From a bacterium (GTDB lineage Bacteria > Fidelibacterota > Fidelibacteria > Fidelibacterales > Fidelibacteraceae), in assembly GCA_963676395.1 (NCBI GenBank), contig OY781066.1, forward strand, positions 1,344,001 through 1,408,000: a DNA stretch of 64,000 bases, written 5' to 3'. The notes under the pieces were generated by a model. That model was not told where the DNA came from. It did no database searches and saw only the letters and a list, made by a program, of their open reading frames with translations. Positions 50,357 through 60,524 of this stretch are shown piece by piece. Positions within the stretch are counted from its first letter, which is position 1. Each line of letters begins with the position of its first letter. The translations under genes and the position numbers were made by a program.

Positions 50357-51280
50357 TTATTTCTTTTCTTTTTTTTCAGCCCTAGGATGAGCTTTTGCAT
50401 AAGCTTCTTTTAATCGTTCCATTTTTACATGAGTATAAATCTGGGTGGTAGAAAGGCTTTCGTGGCCGAGCATCATGCGTACCGATTCAAGGTCGGCGCC
50501 TTCATCAAGGAGATGTGTTGCCATGGTATGGCGCAGGACGTGTGGGGAATTTTTTTTGGCTCCGTCGGAGACTTCTTTGAGATATTTTTCTATGCGTAAG
50601 CGGACGTTACGGACGGAGATTCTTTCACCCCTTGTAGATAAAAAAAGCGGAGAGTGGGGACCGGGTCTTTCAAATTCATCACTGTAATAAGCGAGGTAAA
50701 GATTTAAGGCGTTAATAGCGGCATCACCCAAGGGTAGGAGGCGTTGTTTATTCCCTTTTCCGGTAACAGATACCAAGTTGTTTCTGAATTGAATATGATG
50801 TAGATCCAAATTCACCAGCTCGCTGAGTCGTAAACCGCTGGCATAAAATAATTCTATCATAGCGGCATCGCGTGCCGTGATAAAGTCATGGACTTCAATA
50901 TTTTCGAAGAGCCTTTTTGTTTGGTCTTGAGATAATACTGTCGGTAAGTTTTTAGGCAGTTTCGGTGATTTAATGGCATACGCCGGGTTTTTTTCTATCC
51001 ACCCGCGACGCAGGCAATATTTAAAAAATGACTTAAGTGCCGCAAGTTTTCTGGCGGCTGTTCGAGCCGAATATTTTTTCTCGGTGAGCATGCCCAAAAA
51101 ATGACGCAGAGTGACTTTATCAACCTGCTTAAGTTCAACATCGTCCTGAGCAAAATAATCACGGCAGAATTCATAAAATTGAGAGATATCATCCCGATAT
51201 GCTCTCAATGTGTAAGAAGAATAAGCTCGAACGGAGCTGATATAGGTGATAAATTCGTCTGTAGCGGTAAAAAAGTCCAT
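50357..51280 (-). CDS. xerC: Tyrosine recombinase XerC
   Basis: YASGLRLSEL, GKGNKQR, PHVLRHTMATHLL, LGHESLSTTQIY. Confidence 0.88.
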   Translation of the reverse strand: MDFFTATDEFITYISSVRAYSSYTLRAYRDDISQFYEFCRDYFAQDDVELKQVDKVTLRHFLGMLTEKKYSARTAARKLAALKSFFKYCLRRGWIEKNPAYAIKSPKLPKNLPTVLSQDQTKRLFENIEVHDFITARDAAMIELFYASGLRLSELVNLDLHHIQFRNNLVSVTGKGNKQRLLPLGDAAINALNLYLAYYSDEFERPGPHSPLFLSTRGERISVRNVRLRIEKYLKEVSDGAKKNSPHVLRHTMATHLLDEGADLESVRMMLGHESLSTTQIYTHVKMERLKEAYAKAHPRAEKKEKK

Positions 51281-51367
51281 TAGGTATTGCCTTGATGAGG
51301 GCGATGTGAGCATCGTCCCTACATCCTCGAAAATTAAGCATTATTTTCAAAAAATCTTGAATTAAGT

Positions 51368-52426
51368 TCAGGATAATGATGTCCGTTTTAATTCAGGCGT
51401 CTGTTTTCCGGCTTCCGATCCTATGGTTTCTCGCAGATGTTCTACAATGCGATTCATATCTTCCGGAAGTGGCGCAACAACTTTCATAGGATCTCGAGTA
51501 ATTGGATGGTCAAAATGCATTTCACTGCAGTGCAGAGCTTGGCGATCGATCATGTCCATGAGGTTGATCGCGATCTTGCGGTGGCGAGGCGAAAGACCGC
51601 CCAGCTTTTGGGTTTTTCCTCCGTAGAGCTCATCGCCGATGACCGGATGACCAAGGTCGCTGAGGTGAACGCGGATCTGATGTGTTCTGCCGGTAAGAAT
51701 TTGGACACGGACGAGCGAAATGAATTCGAAAGATTCTATTACTTCCCAGCGGCTTTCGGCGTGTTTACCGTAACGTTCGTCACTGTAAGCGGCGTATCGC
51801 TGCCGGTCGTTTTTATGTCTGCCAATATATTTTGTGGTGACACCCTTTGGTTCTTTAAACACACCCCATACCAAAGCAGTATAAAATTTATCTATTTGCC
51901 TATACTCGAATTTCCGTGCCATGCGGTTATGCGCATTATTGTTTTTGGCAGCGATAATGGCACCGGAGGTGTCTTTGTCGAGACGGTGAACAATACCGGG
52001 ACGGTATTCGCCACCGACGTTTGAGAGGGTCGTACAGCGATGTGCCAAAGCGTTGACGAGGGTTCCGGTTCGGTTGCCGACAGCAGGGTGAACCACAAGT
52101 TCGGGTGGTTTATTTACCACGATGAGATCGTCGTCTTCGTAGATTATGCGAAGCGGGATATTTTCGGGCTCGACCTCCAATGGCTCGTAGCGCGGAATGC
52201 GCACAGAGATCATATCGCGAGGCGAGACTTTATAGGATGCTTTGGTGGTAATATTACGGTTAACCCTTACCAGCTCCCTGTCAAGTAATTCTTTCACCTT
52301 GTTTCGGGAGATATCTTTAATACTTTCTGAAATGAAGGTATCAATACGTGTAGGTTTTTGGGCGGCTCTTACCGCGATACAATAGGTATCGAAACCCTCG
52401 GCTTCGGTAAAAAGCTGATCACTCAT
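51368..52426 (-). CDS. rluD: RluA family pseudouridine synthase (RluD-like)
   Basis: S4 domain, VNKP..VVHP, HRLDKDTSG, GRTHQIRVH. Confidence 0.9.
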   Translation of the reverse strand: MSDQLFTEAEGFDTYCIAVRAAQKPTRIDTFISESIKDISRNKVKELLDRELVRVNRNITTKASYKVSPRDMISVRIPRYEPLEVEPENIPLRIIYEDDDLIVVNKPPELVVHPAVGNRTGTLVNALAHRCTTLSNVGGEYRPGIVHRLDKDTSGAIIAAKNNNAHNRMARKFEYRQIDKFYTALVWGVFKEPKGVTTKYIGRHKNDRQRYAAYSDERYGKHAESRWEVIESFEFISLVRVQILTGRTHQIRVHLSDLGHPVIGDELYGGKTQKLGGLSPRHRKIAINLMDMIDRQALHCSEMHFDHPITRDPMKVVAPLPEDMNRIVEHLRETIGSEAGKQTPELKRTSLS

Positions 52427-52971
52427 GATTTAGCTTCTGTCGTATTTTTGACTGATTTATTGCGTTTTTCTTTTATTTCGTCAATGATGGTTACGACGAG
52501 ATAAATACCAACACCCACGGTGATGCAGGCATCGGCTACATTAAAAATAGCAAAAGGATTAAAGGGCCAGAACCCAAGGTCCACTTTTACAAAATCGGTG
52601 ACTTGTCCCCGGAAAAATCGGTCAATAAAGTTACCGATTGCACCGGCATAAATAATGGTAAAAGCGATAAAGTTGATTTTCTTGCTGGGATCATCCTTGA
52701 GTATTCTATAGAAAAAATAGAGGATAAAAAGCAAGGCGAGAATAGAAACATACTTTAAGGCGGGAATCGGAATGGAAAATGCGACACCGATATTTTCGGC
52801 ATGAGTAAAGGTGACAACTTCACCTAGAACTTTAATGTCCTGCCAAGAATAATAATCTTCCATAGGAAGTTCTTTACGGATGGCGTGCTTGCTCCATTGG
52901 TCCAGGCCAATAAGTCCAAAGAAGAGCACGATACAGACAACAATTAGGATGATCTTTTGGGTTTTATTCAT
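52423..52971 (-). CDS. lspA: Lipoprotein signal peptidase II
   Basis: DQWSK, N.GVAFS, GAIGNFIDR, VTDF, FNVAD; alternative start 52995. Confidence 0.93.
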   Translation of the reverse strand: MNKTQKIILIVVCIVLFFGLIGLDQWSKHAIRKELPMEDYYSWQDIKVLGEVVTFTHAENIGVAFSIPIPALKYVSILALLFILYFFYRILKDDPSKKINFIAFTIIYAGAIGNFIDRFFRGQVTDFVKVDLGFWPFNPFAIFNVADACITVGVGIYLVVTIIDEIKEKRNKSVKNTTEAKS

Positions 52972-53134
52972 GTTTGCCTTTAAGTTTTTGTTCATGCCGT
53001 AAAATAAATAGGATAGAGGGGGAATGAAACAAGAAAAAGAAGTTGCCGGAAGGTAGAAAGAGACTATATTCAAATTACAAGAGACAAAATAATACAGGTT
53101 TATTATTTGCGACCTGAGTTAGCGCTATTGAGTA

Positions 53135-55267
53135 TTATGATTTATTATTTTCTACCGTTTTCTTTTTTAACTCAAAATACCATCTCATGATCGTCGGTAG
53201 TAAGGTCAAGCTCAAGAACATGGACATCATCATGGAAACCCAAATGAGGATACCAACATCTCTGTGGACTGTAAGTGGTGTAAAAAAGAGAACGCTCATA
53301 CCGAGTGCGAGTCCAACAGCATTGGACATGATAGGTCGTACAGCATATTCAAAACCACGTTCAACCGAATTTAATTCAAGAGAAACAGAGGTAAGGTGGA
53401 TAGCATAATCAACATTAATTCCCATCGCGATGGAGAAGATCAGAGAGGAGATCACGGTGAGGTGAACACCGCTGATGCCAAGGAAGCCGTAGAGAAACCA
53501 GGATGTAATGATCACGGGAATAAGTGAAAATATTGAGGGTCGTAGCCGCATGAAAGTGATCAGCAATAAGCCAAACATCACAATAATTGATACGATCATT
53601 GTGTGTTTAAGATTGATCACCATGCTCATGTTCAGGTCTTCCATAATATAGGACATGCCGGTAATATCAATGCGTGCCCCGTCATCGGGAACGGCATCCA
53701 CGATATCTTTAAGTTTTTTCAAAGAGGCTGTGTTGATCTCGGCAGGAAGTATGGTCATTTTGATCGCTTCGTTATCAAAATCGATCATGTGTTTGAGTGG
53801 CATATTGTCCTGATTGATAAAGTCGCTGAGGATCTGACGTTCGGGTGAAAAATAGCGCATCATGCGCATGCCCGGCTGATCCAAGATACCATCCATAATA
53901 TCGTAAGGGGAAATAACACCGCCAAAATTTTTCAGTGAGTCGGCAAGGGTTGCAATGCGCTCTTTTAGATCGCTATCCAGAATGTTTTCTTTATTTTGCA
54001 CAAAAACATATAGTGGCATAGATCCGCCTTGGACATCAGTGATAGTGATTGCCGACTGAACAACATCTGTATTTTTCTTGAAAAGTGATAACTGATTAAA
54101 ATCGGTTTGAACATTATGAAAGCCAACAAAGCCTAAAGCGATCACAACGACTGCAATCACAATTGAGGGCCATCCCCAGAGTTTTTGAAAAAAGTGTCCG
54201 GTAATTCTGGGTTTTTTAATTTTATTCTGATTGAAAGAAACAAAGTTGATCATGAATAAGGGTAGAACAAACCAGGTTGCCAGTCCGGCAAAACCAACTC
54301 CTATGGCACAATAATAAGCTAATTCCTGGACTGCATTCGTATCCATGACCAGTAATGAAAGAAAGCCACCTGCGGAGGTTATCGTGGTAATCACCATGGG
54401 AATGCCCACAAGATGTAAGGTTCTTGCAACGGCTTCTTTCTTGTTAAACCCTTCTTGACGACCTTCAAGATAATGCGACACAAAGTGCAAGCCATCGGCA
54501 GAACCAATTACCAAAGTAAATAGCGGCGCAATGGCGGTAATAATAGAAACTTTAACGCCTAACCAGCCAATGAGTCCCATCACCCAAATAGCACCCACAA
54601 AAGCGGGAATGATAGCTAAGAAAGTTGCTTTAGAGGACATTAATTGGGAGCGAAAGATAAGAAAAACAAGGAAGATTGCAATTAGCGGTAAAAATGTAGT
54701 GACCGTTTCAACGATATCAACGACGCGTTTCTGTATAAAAGCTGTACCGCTTATATCGTAATGCATACCGGTATCACTGAGAATTTTGCCGATATGATCA
54801 ATAGCTTGACGGTTAATTGTGCTATCGGCAAAAAGTGAGAAGAATATTTTCCATTCACCTTGATGTTTTTTTGCGGAAGAAAGCCCCTCTATTAATTGTA
54901 GATCAATAAATTCACCATTCATGACCGGTGAAACAATGTAGGATAAACAAGGCAGGGTATTTAATGTATCGTCAAGAGCGACGATTTTTTCCTGAAGTGC
55001 CATGTCTAAGGTATCTTTTCCGGTATGTAATAAAACAATCAACTCGTCTTCGTTTTCGAAAATGTCATTCATGTCGTCCATAATGTCTTTAGACGGTGAA
55101 TGGTTTGGCATGAAAATGAGTAAATTTGAATCGGTTTCAAGTCGAGCAATTCCTACTAATGCCAGTATCATCATGGTAATAAAAAGGATCAAATAGGGAA
55201 TGCTTCGTTTTTGCATCAAATCCGTAAAGCGAGTATATTTTAGATGTCCGAGTTTTTTATTTTTCAT
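53135..55267 (-). CDS. MMPL/RND family transporter
   Basis: Duplicated TM + periplasmic halves; IGSADGLH, GINVDYAIH; start uncertain. Confidence 0.85.
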   Translation of the reverse strand: MKNKKLGHLKYTRFTDLMQKRSIPYLILFITMMILALVGIARLETDSNLLIFMPNHSPSKDIMDDMNDIFENEDELIVLLHTGKDTLDMALQEKIVALDDTLNTLPCLSYIVSPVMNGEFIDLQLIEGLSSAKKHQGEWKIFFSLFADSTINRQAIDHIGKILSDTGMHYDISGTAFIQKRVVDIVETVTTFLPLIAIFLVFLIFRSQLMSSKATFLAIIPAFVGAIWVMGLIGWLGVKVSIITAIAPLFTLVIGSADGLHFVSHYLEGRQEGFNKKEAVARTLHLVGIPMVITTITSAGGFLSLLVMDTNAVQELAYYCAIGVGFAGLATWFVLPLFMINFVSFNQNKIKKPRITGHFFQKLWGWPSIVIAVVVIALGFVGFHNVQTDFNQLSLFKKNTDVVQSAITITDVQGGSMPLYVFVQNKENILDSDLKERIATLADSLKNFGGVISPYDIMDGILDQPGMRMMRYFSPERQILSDFINQDNMPLKHMIDFDNEAIKMTILPAEINTASLKKLKDIVDAVPDDGARIDITGMSYIMEDLNMSMVINLKHTMIVSIIVMFGLLLITFMRLRPSIFSLIPVIITSWFLYGFLGISGVHLTVISSLIFSIAMGINVDYAIHLTSVSLELNSVERGFEYAVRPIMSNAVGLALGMSVLFFTPLTVHRDVGILIWVSMMMSMFLSLTLLPTIMRWYFELKKKTVENNKS

Positions 55268-56009
55268 TGTTTTTGTACATCGCATTCAGATGATCGTGCA
55301 TTAACTTATAACAACGGTCTTTAAGTTCAGCGCGTTGTTCATAAGTATATTCCGATGTGTCGATTTCAGGCAGAATATCAATTTCAACATCGGAATGATA
55401 AAAGTGCTTTGTTTCGGGTGGCATCATTTCTCGAACACCTTTCATGCACACCGGCAAGATGGGGAGTCCGTTGTTGATAGCCATTACAAATGCGCCCATT
55501 CTGAATTTTGCAAGTCTCACATCTTTAAATCGGCTTCCCTCCGGAAATACCATGAGTGAGAGTTTTTCCTTTTTCAATATTTCAAATTGTTCGTTCAAAT
55601 GACCAATAGATTTTCCTTTGTTTTGATTATCTACAAAAATAAAACCCGATTTTGCCATTGCCGAGCCGATGAAGGGCATTTTTCTCAGTTGCTGTTTAGC
55701 TACCATACGCATGTTAATGGGAAAGAAGCCCAGTAGGAAAAACACATCGACAGAGCTTTCATGATTAGCAATAACCACATAGGGTTTATTAGGGTCGATA
55801 TTTTCCATGCCCCTGAATGTGTGCTTGCCGGGTGTTGCAATGGCAGCCCACCAACCCCAAGCCTTGATCATTTTGTTGTAAAACGACATGCGGCGGATAA
55901 AAGGGGATAACAGTACAATGCTACCGGCAATAAAAATATTACCCAAATAAGTGTGTACGTATATCCATAAATTGTGGAAGAAATTCGTTTTTTTATTTTT
56001 AGGCTTCAA
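55257..56009 (-). CDS. plsC: 1-acyl-sn-glycerol-3-phosphate acyltransferase
   Basis: NHESSVD, FPEGSR. Confidence 0.85.
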   Translation of the reverse strand: MKPKNKKTNFFHNLWIYVHTYLGNIFIAGSIVLLSPFIRRMSFYNKMIKAWGWWAAIATPGKHTFRGMENIDPNKPYVVIANHESSVDVFFLLGFFPINMRMVAKQQLRKMPFIGSAMAKSGFIFVDNQNKGKSIGHLNEQFEILKKEKLSLMVFPEGSRFKDVRLAKFRMGAFVMAINNGLPILPVCMKGVREMMPPETKHFYHSDVEIDILPEIDTSEYTYEQRAELKDRCYKLMHDHLNAMYKNNEK

Positions 56010-57264
56010 TTTTATCTGTACCTACATATGGCCTTAAAGCTTCGGGGATCAGTAGAGATCCGTTGGCTTGCTGATAGTTTTCAATGATCGCGATCATTAA
56101 CCTGGGTGTTGCCACACCCGAACCGTTAAGCGTATGCACAAAGTGCATGCCTTTGTCATCCTTAAAGCGGATGTTTGAACGACGTGCCTGGAAATCTTCG
56201 AAATTTGAGCAAGAAGAAACTTCCAACCATTTTTCGGTGCCGGGTGCCCATAATTCGATATCATGACAGCGAGCTGCGGCAAAACTTAAGTCACCCGTGC
56301 AAAGTTCAAGAATACGGTAGGGTAATTCCAGTTTTTGTAGAATAGCTTCGGCATTTTTAACCAGACCCGCCCACGCTTCATAAGATTTATCTGGATGAAC
56401 AAATTGTACCATTTCAACTTTGTTAAACTGATGCAGGCGCTGTAAACCTCGAGTATCTTTACCGTAAGAGCCGGCTTCGCGACGGAAACAACCGGAGAAA
56501 GCAGCGTATTTAATTGGAAAATCGGCAGGGTTCAGGACTTCGTCACGGTGCATGTTTGTCACAGGGACTTCAGCCGTAGGAATAAACCACAGGTCATCAT
56601 CTTTGAGGTGGTACATATCGTCTGCCAACTTGGGTAGTTGACCGGTGCCTGTAACTGATTCCGAATTTACCAAGAATGGTGGGAAGATTTCGATGTAACC
56701 GTGTTCGCTAGTATGTATATCTAACATAAAATTGATCAAAGCGCGTTCGAGCCTCGCACCCCAACCGGTATATAGCGGAAAACCGCTGCCGGAGATCTTG
56801 GCACCACGTTTGAGATCGAGCATTTTTAGCTTCTCAGCAACATCCAAATGATCTTTGGGTTTGAAATCGAATTCGCGTTTTTCTCCCCAAATTGCTATCT
56901 CGACATTCTCGGTTTCGTTTTTACCGATAGGAGTATCGTCGGATGGGATATTGGGGATAGCTAAAAGCTGGGCTTTTAATTCCAGGGTGATAGCTGTGAT
57001 TTTAGCGTCGTTTTCTTTTATATCTGCAGAAAGTTTTTGCATATCTGCTATTTCGACTGATGCGTCTTCTTTATTTCGTTTTTTTAAAGAAATAGCCTGA
57101 GATACTTTGTTCCGGACACTTTTCATATCGTCCGTTTTCTTACTCAGATTTCTGCGTTTATCATCTAATGCTACAATGGCATCAATATCAATATTAACAT
57201 TTTTTGTTTCAACTGCTTTTTGTACAGCTTGAGGGTGTTCTCGAATGATTTTAATATCTAGCAT
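55999..57264 (-). CDS. serS: Serine--tRNA ligase
   Basis: MLDIK, PTAEVP, FRREAGS, RLHQFNKVE, HTLNGSG. Confidence 0.97.
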   Translation of the reverse strand: MLDIKIIREHPQAVQKAVETKNVNIDIDAIVALDDKRRNLSKKTDDMKSVRNKVSQAISLKKRNKEDASVEIADMQKLSADIKENDAKITAITLELKAQLLAIPNIPSDDTPIGKNETENVEIAIWGEKREFDFKPKDHLDVAEKLKMLDLKRGAKISGSGFPLYTGWGARLERALINFMLDIHTSEHGYIEIFPPFLVNSESVTGTGQLPKLADDMYHLKDDDLWFIPTAEVPVTNMHRDEVLNPADFPIKYAAFSGCFRREAGSYGKDTRGLQRLHQFNKVEMVQFVHPDKSYEAWAGLVKNAEAILQKLELPYRILELCTGDLSFAAARCHDIELWAPGTEKWLEVSSCSNFEDFQARRSNIRFKDDKGMHFVHTLNGSGVATPRLMIAIIENYQQANGSLLIPEALRPYVGTDKIEA

Positions 57265-57454
57265 AACTTCCTTCCTTTGTCAGCGAAAAATACAACGAAG
57301 TTGGGGAATTTGAAATAGTTAATTGTGAGATTGAAATGAATATAAAATGTATGGATTAATCGTTGAGCGTTTAGGGATTATCCCTATATCGCCCGGGAAT
57401 AGGGGGAGCCTAGAGTTCTCCGTACAAATTCAGGCAATAAAATCCTTAGTGCTT

Positions 57455-58534
57455 TTAACTGTTTATGCTTTTATGTGAGATCAGTACACTTAACAATCTT
57501 TCTATCTGTTCCTCGCTATGTGCCGAAGACAGCGTAAATCTAAAATAATCCGGTTTTTCAGGATATCGAATAAAGGAAGGATAAATACCGGCTTTTTCGA
57601 GCTTTTGGGCGAGCTGCCGGCTTTCTTGCTTTTCTTTGATAAAAATATTCACCCCGGGTGCGGGATTTACGGGCATATCGTAACCCGCATTGGCAAGTGT
57701 TTGTTTAAATTTTATACTGCGGTTTTGGATGAGCTTGATCTTTTGCGGATTATCAATAAAGAAATCAATGGCTTTTGTTGCAGCGGCTACGGTGGGCAAT
57801 GGCATGGCGGAGGTTGTGGCATAAGCTGTTGTGGTTCTAACGGCATCGATACAACGTTTAAGTCCTGAAATATATCCACCGGCTACCCCCACAGCTTTAG
57901 AGAGTGATCCGGTGAGTAATAAATGTTTTTGACTTAAATCGAAGTGTTCAAATCCACCTCGCCCATTTTTACCAAGAAGGCCCAGGGCATGTGCTTCATC
58001 TACAACCAAGGCACCTTCGTATTTTTCAACGATGGATTCGTAATCTTTAAGCGGGGGAAGCGTGGCATAAACGGAGTCTGTAACGACACAAGGTTTGCGA
58101 CCGTGTTCGCGAATATGAGCGTCCCAGACTTTAAGATTTTCGGGGATAGGTGAACCGGGCAGTCCGCTTATGGCGAGAGCTTTTTTTAGACTGGGGTGGC
58201 ACTTAGGATGATAATAAACATGTAAGTGTTTGTCGGTGAAGACTTCAAAGAGAGCAATGTTTGCCATGTAACCCGTCGGTAATAAGGCCGTAGCTTCAGT
58301 TCCTAGAAATTCTGTGATCTTTTTTTCCAGGGCAATATGCAGGGGGTGGTTTCCTGTCGTTACACGTGAACCACCGCAATTTAAGCCATAGATTTCAATC
58401 GCTCGCTTAACTTCATCTTCGAGTTCGGGGTTTCTTGATAATCGATGATAATCATAGCCGCCAAAAAACAAATAGCGTTTATTGTTCCAGATGATGTGAA
58501 CGGTTTCACAGGGGCTCAGTACGGGAGGGTTCAT
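57455..58534 (-). CDS. PLP-dependent class II aminotransferase (BioF/8-amino-7-oxononanoate synthase-like)
   Basis: GGSR..G.H, GYMAN, VDEAHALG, GSLSKA. Confidence 0.8.
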   Translation of the reverse strand: MNPPVLSPCETVHIIWNNKRYLFFGGYDYHRLSRNPELEDEVKRAIEIYGLNCGGSRVTTGNHPLHIALEKKITEFLGTEATALLPTGYMANIALFEVFTDKHLHVYYHPKCHPSLKKALAISGLPGSPIPENLKVWDAHIREHGRKPCVVTDSVYATLPPLKDYESIVEKYEGALVVDEAHALGLLGKNGRGGFEHFDLSQKHLLLTGSLSKAVGVAGGYISGLKRCIDAVRTTTAYATTSAMPLPTVAAATKAIDFFIDNPQKIKLIQNRSIKFKQTLANAGYDMPVNPAPGVNIFIKEKQESRQLAQKLEKAGIYPSFIRYPEKPDYFRFTLSSAHSEEQIERLLSVLISHKSINS

Positions 58535-58845
58535 GTTTACTTCCTTGTTTATCCTTATTGGAAAATATAATGAAGAAATAAGTAACACAAAACAAGAAAT
58601 CACAAACTCTTGAGTCGGGTAATTCCTGAATCTGAGATACCTAAAACTTGAGGCTGTTTATATTCTTAAGAATAAAATTTTTCTATTGTATATGATCAAT
58701 GTTTCCCGAATCATAAATTTATGTAATTCGGACGTTAATTATTTTTTTATGTACGTAGAATAGCTATAAGTCTACAAAAATAATAAAAATAATTTCGATT
58801 ATTCTTGTTAATGTGAAAAAAGACACATAAAATATTAACACTAAA

Positions 58846-58866
58846 GAGTGACAAAGAATGTCATTC
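58846..58866. promoter_or_regulatory. Inverted repeat upstream of the OsmC gene (putative operator)
   Basis: GAGTGACA-aagaa-TGTCATTC. Confidence 0.35.
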
Positions 58867-58895
58867 GTAATTTGTTAATGAGAAAGGTAGAAATC

Positions 58896-59330
58896 ATGCC
58901 AAAACTTACATTTAAAGCCAGCGCCAAAAGCGAAAACCCCACAAAAACCGTTGTAAAAGCACGTAACTTTACATTGATCGTAGATGAACCCGAAGCATTA
59001 GGTGGTACTGATCAGGGTGCAAATCCTGTAGAATTTGTTTTAACGGCTCTTGCCGGTTGTTTGAACGTTGTCGGTCACGTTGTTGCCAAAGAAATGGGTA
59101 TTGATATGCGCGGTATTGAAATTGAATTAGATGGTGATTTGAATCCCGCAAAATTCATGGGCCAGGATGACAGTGAAAGAGCCGGATACCAAAACATTAA
59201 TGTTTCGGTCAAACCTGATTGTGATGCTGATGCGGATACATTAGCCAAATGGTTAGAAACTATCGAAAGTCGCTGTCCGGTTTCTGATAATATCACGAAT
59301 GCAACACCTGTTGCAATCAAATTGGGATAA
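58896..59330 (+). CDS. OsmC/Ohr-like protein
   Basis: DEP..LGGTDQG.NPVE..ALAGC ... RCPVSD. Confidence 0.9.
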   Translation: MPKLTFKASAKSENPTKTVVKARNFTLIVDEPEALGGTDQGANPVEFVLTALAGCLNVVGHVVAKEMGIDMRGIEIELDGDLNPAKFMGQDDSERAGYQNINVSVKPDCDADADTLAKWLETIESRCPVSDNITNATPVAIKLG

Positions 59331-59364
59331 TTTATAAAGTACATATTCGTTATAAATGAATCTG

Positions 59365-59396
59365 AAGAGTGCCTCTAGATTTAGGGGCACTTTTTT
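59365..59396 (+). terminator. Intrinsic terminator
   Basis: AGTGCCTCTA-gatt-TAGGGGCACT-TTTTT. Confidence 0.8.
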
Positions 59397-59419
59397 GTTT
59401 ATGTAAAATAGTGAGAGTG

Positions 59420-59617
59420 TGTCATTTCGACCGGAGTTTCGGTGTTAATCGAAACGAAGTGGAGAAAGCTCAAACATGCATTCAATTTGGCTGAGAATAA
59501 CTTGGTGCGCTACAACGAGATTACAGGCAACTACACGCAAGCACATAACATATTCGTTTGGGATCTTTCCACTACATCCATCTGCGTTAACTATGATGGA
59601 TGCTGGTCGAGATGACA
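59420..59617. repeat. Inverted doublet of TGTC-tagged REP-like repeats (family B)
   Basis: TGTCATTTCGACC..GTGGAGAAAGCTCAAAC / spacer / reverse complement of TGTCATCTCGACC..GTGGAAAGATCCCAAAC. Confidence 0.8.
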
Positions 59618-59755
59618 TTCTGTTTGATTTTTGGGGCGTTTTTTATAGCGTGATACACAAAAATTATCTCTCTACAATTACAAAGATATCTTGGAAAATC
59701 GTTTTCCCTACCTGATATTATTATTACATTTCACGGTAAAAAATAGGAGGTTTAA

Positions 59756-60355
59756 ATGGACCTTTTAGCCAGTCTTTCCCCAAATCTTGTAACATACATC
59801 GTTATTCCATTGCTTATAATGCTCGCAAGAATTTGCGATGTGACCATTGGAACATTCAGGATTATTTTAGTTTCGCGTGGCGAACGTTTATATGCCTCGT
59901 TGGCCGGATTTGTTGAGGTTCTTATTTGGATTGTAGTCGTTGGTCATGTTATGAGCGATCTTGGTGGTTGGTTGAATTATTTTGCATATGCGGCCGGTTT
60001 TGCCATGGGTAATTATATAGGTATATCCCTTGAACGCAAGTTAGCGATGGGGATGGTTGTGATGCGTGTGATCACCAATAAACCGGGTGATGATTTGATA
60101 GAGCACTTAAAACAAGAATATCATGGTGTAACTTCTATTGCAGCTCGTGGAGTGTCCGGTGAAGTAAGGCTTGTACTAGCTGTTGTAAAACGCAAAGATA
60201 TTCCTTATTTTTTAAAGATTGTCAAAGCGCATAATCCGAAAGCTTTTGTTTCGGTGGAGGATGTTCGCCACCTGAGTGAAACGCATTTGCCACCAAGAAC
60301 ACGAAAGCATGCAAAGATAAATAGACGAATGAAGTTTTCTTTGAAAAGGAAGTAA
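59756..60355 (+). CDS. DUF2179/UPF0316 family membrane protein
   Basis: ARICDVTIGTFR, GFVEVLIW, YAAGFAMGNYIG. Confidence 0.85.
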   Translation: MDLLASLSPNLVTYIVIPLLIMLARICDVTIGTFRIILVSRGERLYASLAGFVEVLIWIVVVGHVMSDLGGWLNYFAYAAGFAMGNYIGISLERKLAMGMVVMRVITNKPGDDLIEHLKQEYHGVTSIAARGVSGEVRLVLAVVKRKDIPYFLKIVKAHNPKAFVSVEDVRHLSETHLPPRTRKHAKINRRMKFSLKRK

Positions 60356-60361
60356 CAGATC

Positions 60362-60471
60362 TGACATTTCGACCGGATCGAACCACCTGCGGTGGTGAAC
60401 GGAGTGGAGAAATCTCAAACAATCAAGGATAGTTTAATGTTTGGGAACCTTCGGCTTCGCTCGGGATGACA
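60362..60471. repeat. Inverted doublet of REP-like repeats (family B)
   Basis: TGACATTTCGACCGG..GTGGAGAAATCTCAAAC / 18 nt / reverse complement of TGTCATCCCGAGCGAAGCCGAAGGTTCCCAAAC. Confidence 0.8.
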
Positions 60472-60524
60472 TTTTTAATAGTATTGTAACAATTTGAAGC
60501 TGTGTGGAAAAATAGAAGGAGTTC

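Noticed and set aside
50357..51280. Prophage or island integrase
   Set aside because: Looks like housekeeping XerC in an rluD-xerC-hpf-hprK context; no att sites or phage genes
51437..52024. 195-aa plus-strand ORF and the many other antisense ORFs in the track
   Set aside because: Shadow frames of well-supported genes on the opposite strand
59476..59715. 79-aa ORF
   Set aside because: Runs through the repeat doublet; no SD or recognisable motif
59420..60471. CRISPR array
   Set aside because: Repeats are inverted, divergent and irregularly spaced; no cas genes
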